A stretch of DNA of 54,464 nucleotides, taken from Parcubacteria group bacterium GW2011_GWA2_40_14. Its GTDB lineage: Bacteria > Patescibacteriota > Minisyncoccia > Phycocordibacterales > DATDWN01. This document shows positions 53,734 through 54,464 of this stretch, piece by piece. The stretch covers positions 1 to 54,464 of the forward strand of contig LBYF01000003.1 of NCBI GenBank assembly GCA_000996025.1. The letters run 5' to 3'. Under the pieces are notes generated by a model, which saw nothing but the letters and a program-made list of their open reading frames with translations, made no database searches and was not told the DNA's origin. Within the stretch, counting starts at the first letter, position 1. Each line of letters opens with the position of its first letter. The position numbers and the translations under genes were made by a program.

Positions 53734-53794
53734 AAAATGAAAAAGAGATGCTCATCGTACCACTAAGTACGCCTCCGCTTCTCTTTTTCATTTT
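53734..53794 (+). other. Long hairpin with conserved loop, copy 2
   Basis: 15-bp arms AAAATGAAAAAGAGA/TCTCTTTTTCATTTT around the 31-nt loop TGCTCATCGTACCACTAAGTACGCCTCCGCT. Lies just downstream of dnaB on the same strand. Confidence 0.45.
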
Positions 53795-53870
53795 ATACGC
53801 GACCTTGCCTCAAATCTGAAAGTTCTATCAGTAGTTGTTTATTATTTTTTAGTCAAATATAATAGTCAAC

Positions 53871-54464
53871 ATGGATAATACAGATAAACTTATAGAACTC
53901 TTCAAGGAGTTTCCGGGTATCGGACCAAGGCAAGCTAAACGCTTTGTTTATTTTTTGCTCAACAGAAACCCTTCATACGCCAATAATCTAGCTAAACTTG
54001 TGACCGAAGTACGGGCTACTGTGCATTCGTGTGATACTTGTTTTCGCTTTTTTCCAAATGGAAACAGTTCAACATGCACAATTTGTAGTGATGAAAACCG
54101 AGATAAGACATCACTCATGCTTGTTTCGCATGATGTGGATTTTGAAAATATAGAGCGAACAAAATTTTACAACGGTTATTATTTTATCATCGGTGGTAGT
54201 ATTCCAATCCTAGAAAAAGACCCGGAAAAAAGAATTCGACAAAAAGAGCTTCTTAACACAATAGAGAAAAGAATCGGAGAAGGCCTTTCGGAAATAATAA
54301 TCGCTCTAAACTACAACCCTGAAGGCGAAAATACTCTTTCGTATCTGAAAGAAATCTTGACAAGGTTAAACCTTGTTAGTAAAGTCAAAATATCCACTCT
54401 CGGTCGTGGTCTCTCCACTGGCACAGAGCTGGAATATTCTGACTCTGACACTATCAAAAACGCC
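53871..54464 (+). CDS. recR: Recombination protein RecR, C-terminus cut by window edge
   Basis: LIELFKEFPGIGPRQAKRFVYFLL (HhH), CDTCFRF...CTICSD (zinc finger) and a Toprim region. Confidence 0.9.
   Translation, partial: MDNTDKLIELFKEFPGIGPRQAKRFVYFLLNRNPSYANNLAKLVTEVRATVHSCDTCFRFFPNGNSSTCTICSDENRDKTSLMLVSHDVDFENIERTKFYNGYYFIIGGSIPILEKDPEKRIRQKELLNTIEKRIGEGLSEIIIALNYNPEGENTLSYLKEILTRLNLVSKVKISTLGRGLSTGTELEYSDSDTIKNA

Overview
This is a 54.5-kb chromosomal segment of an AT-rich bacterium using the standard genetic code, since TGA, TAA and TAG all end long, well-conserved ORFs. The gene content suggests a small-genome lineage such as Patescibacteria/CPR: compact housekeeping genes, many tiny lineage-specific ORFs, an N-terminally anchored surface protein and a tRNA without encoded CCA. 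That placement is inference only.

Housekeeping backbone:
- scpA (partial), aspS, intact trpS and tRNA-Trp(CCA)
- uvrA and uvrB
- a FIST / histidine kinase / double-receiver operon
- FKBP isomerase, a pseudouridine synthase and a LOG-like protein
- xseA/xseB, DedA and a DEAD-box helicase
- tyrS-pheA and a prephenate dehydrogenase-dehydratase fusion
- a short L27, L9 and an S41 protease
- cysS, dnaB and recR (partial)

No rRNA, CRISPR array, integrase, transposase or phage gene is visible.

Main leads:
1. **Accessory stretch, about 26.7-35.2 kb.** Five successive gene cassettes are each bounded by a 5' remnant (promoter plus the first 25-38 codons) of the same SET-domain gene. The cassettes include a radical-SAM/SPASM enzyme with a C-x3-D peptide and a TraB/Tiki-like protein, and a PP-loop ATPase + HD (p)ppGpp-hydrolase + small alarmone-synthetase trio.
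2. **23-codon ORF at 35277-35348.** It has a perfect SD and encodes MGYLYADKPGVDKPPHLPRPRPR, whose core nearly matches the insect ribosome-targeting peptide oncocin. A 13-bp hairpin and then a prolyl oligopeptidase gene follow it.
3. **In-frame palindromes.** Several families of short perfect palindromes sit in-frame inside housekeeping genes (uvrA, uvrB, cysS and a methyltransferase), with identical copies in unrelated genes.
4. **T-box leader.** A canonical T-box leader with a UGGU bulge controls a GCS2-like carboxylate-amine ligase.
5. **Aromatic amino-acid theme.** This covers a chorismate mutase-methyltransferase fusion, a TrpRS with a C-x23-C-x6-C-x2-C motif, a truncated second trpS, a tyrA fragment and a stand-alone PheRS-alpha-like enzyme in an operon with a PP-loop ATPase.

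All functional calls come from reading motifs by eye. No database search was run.
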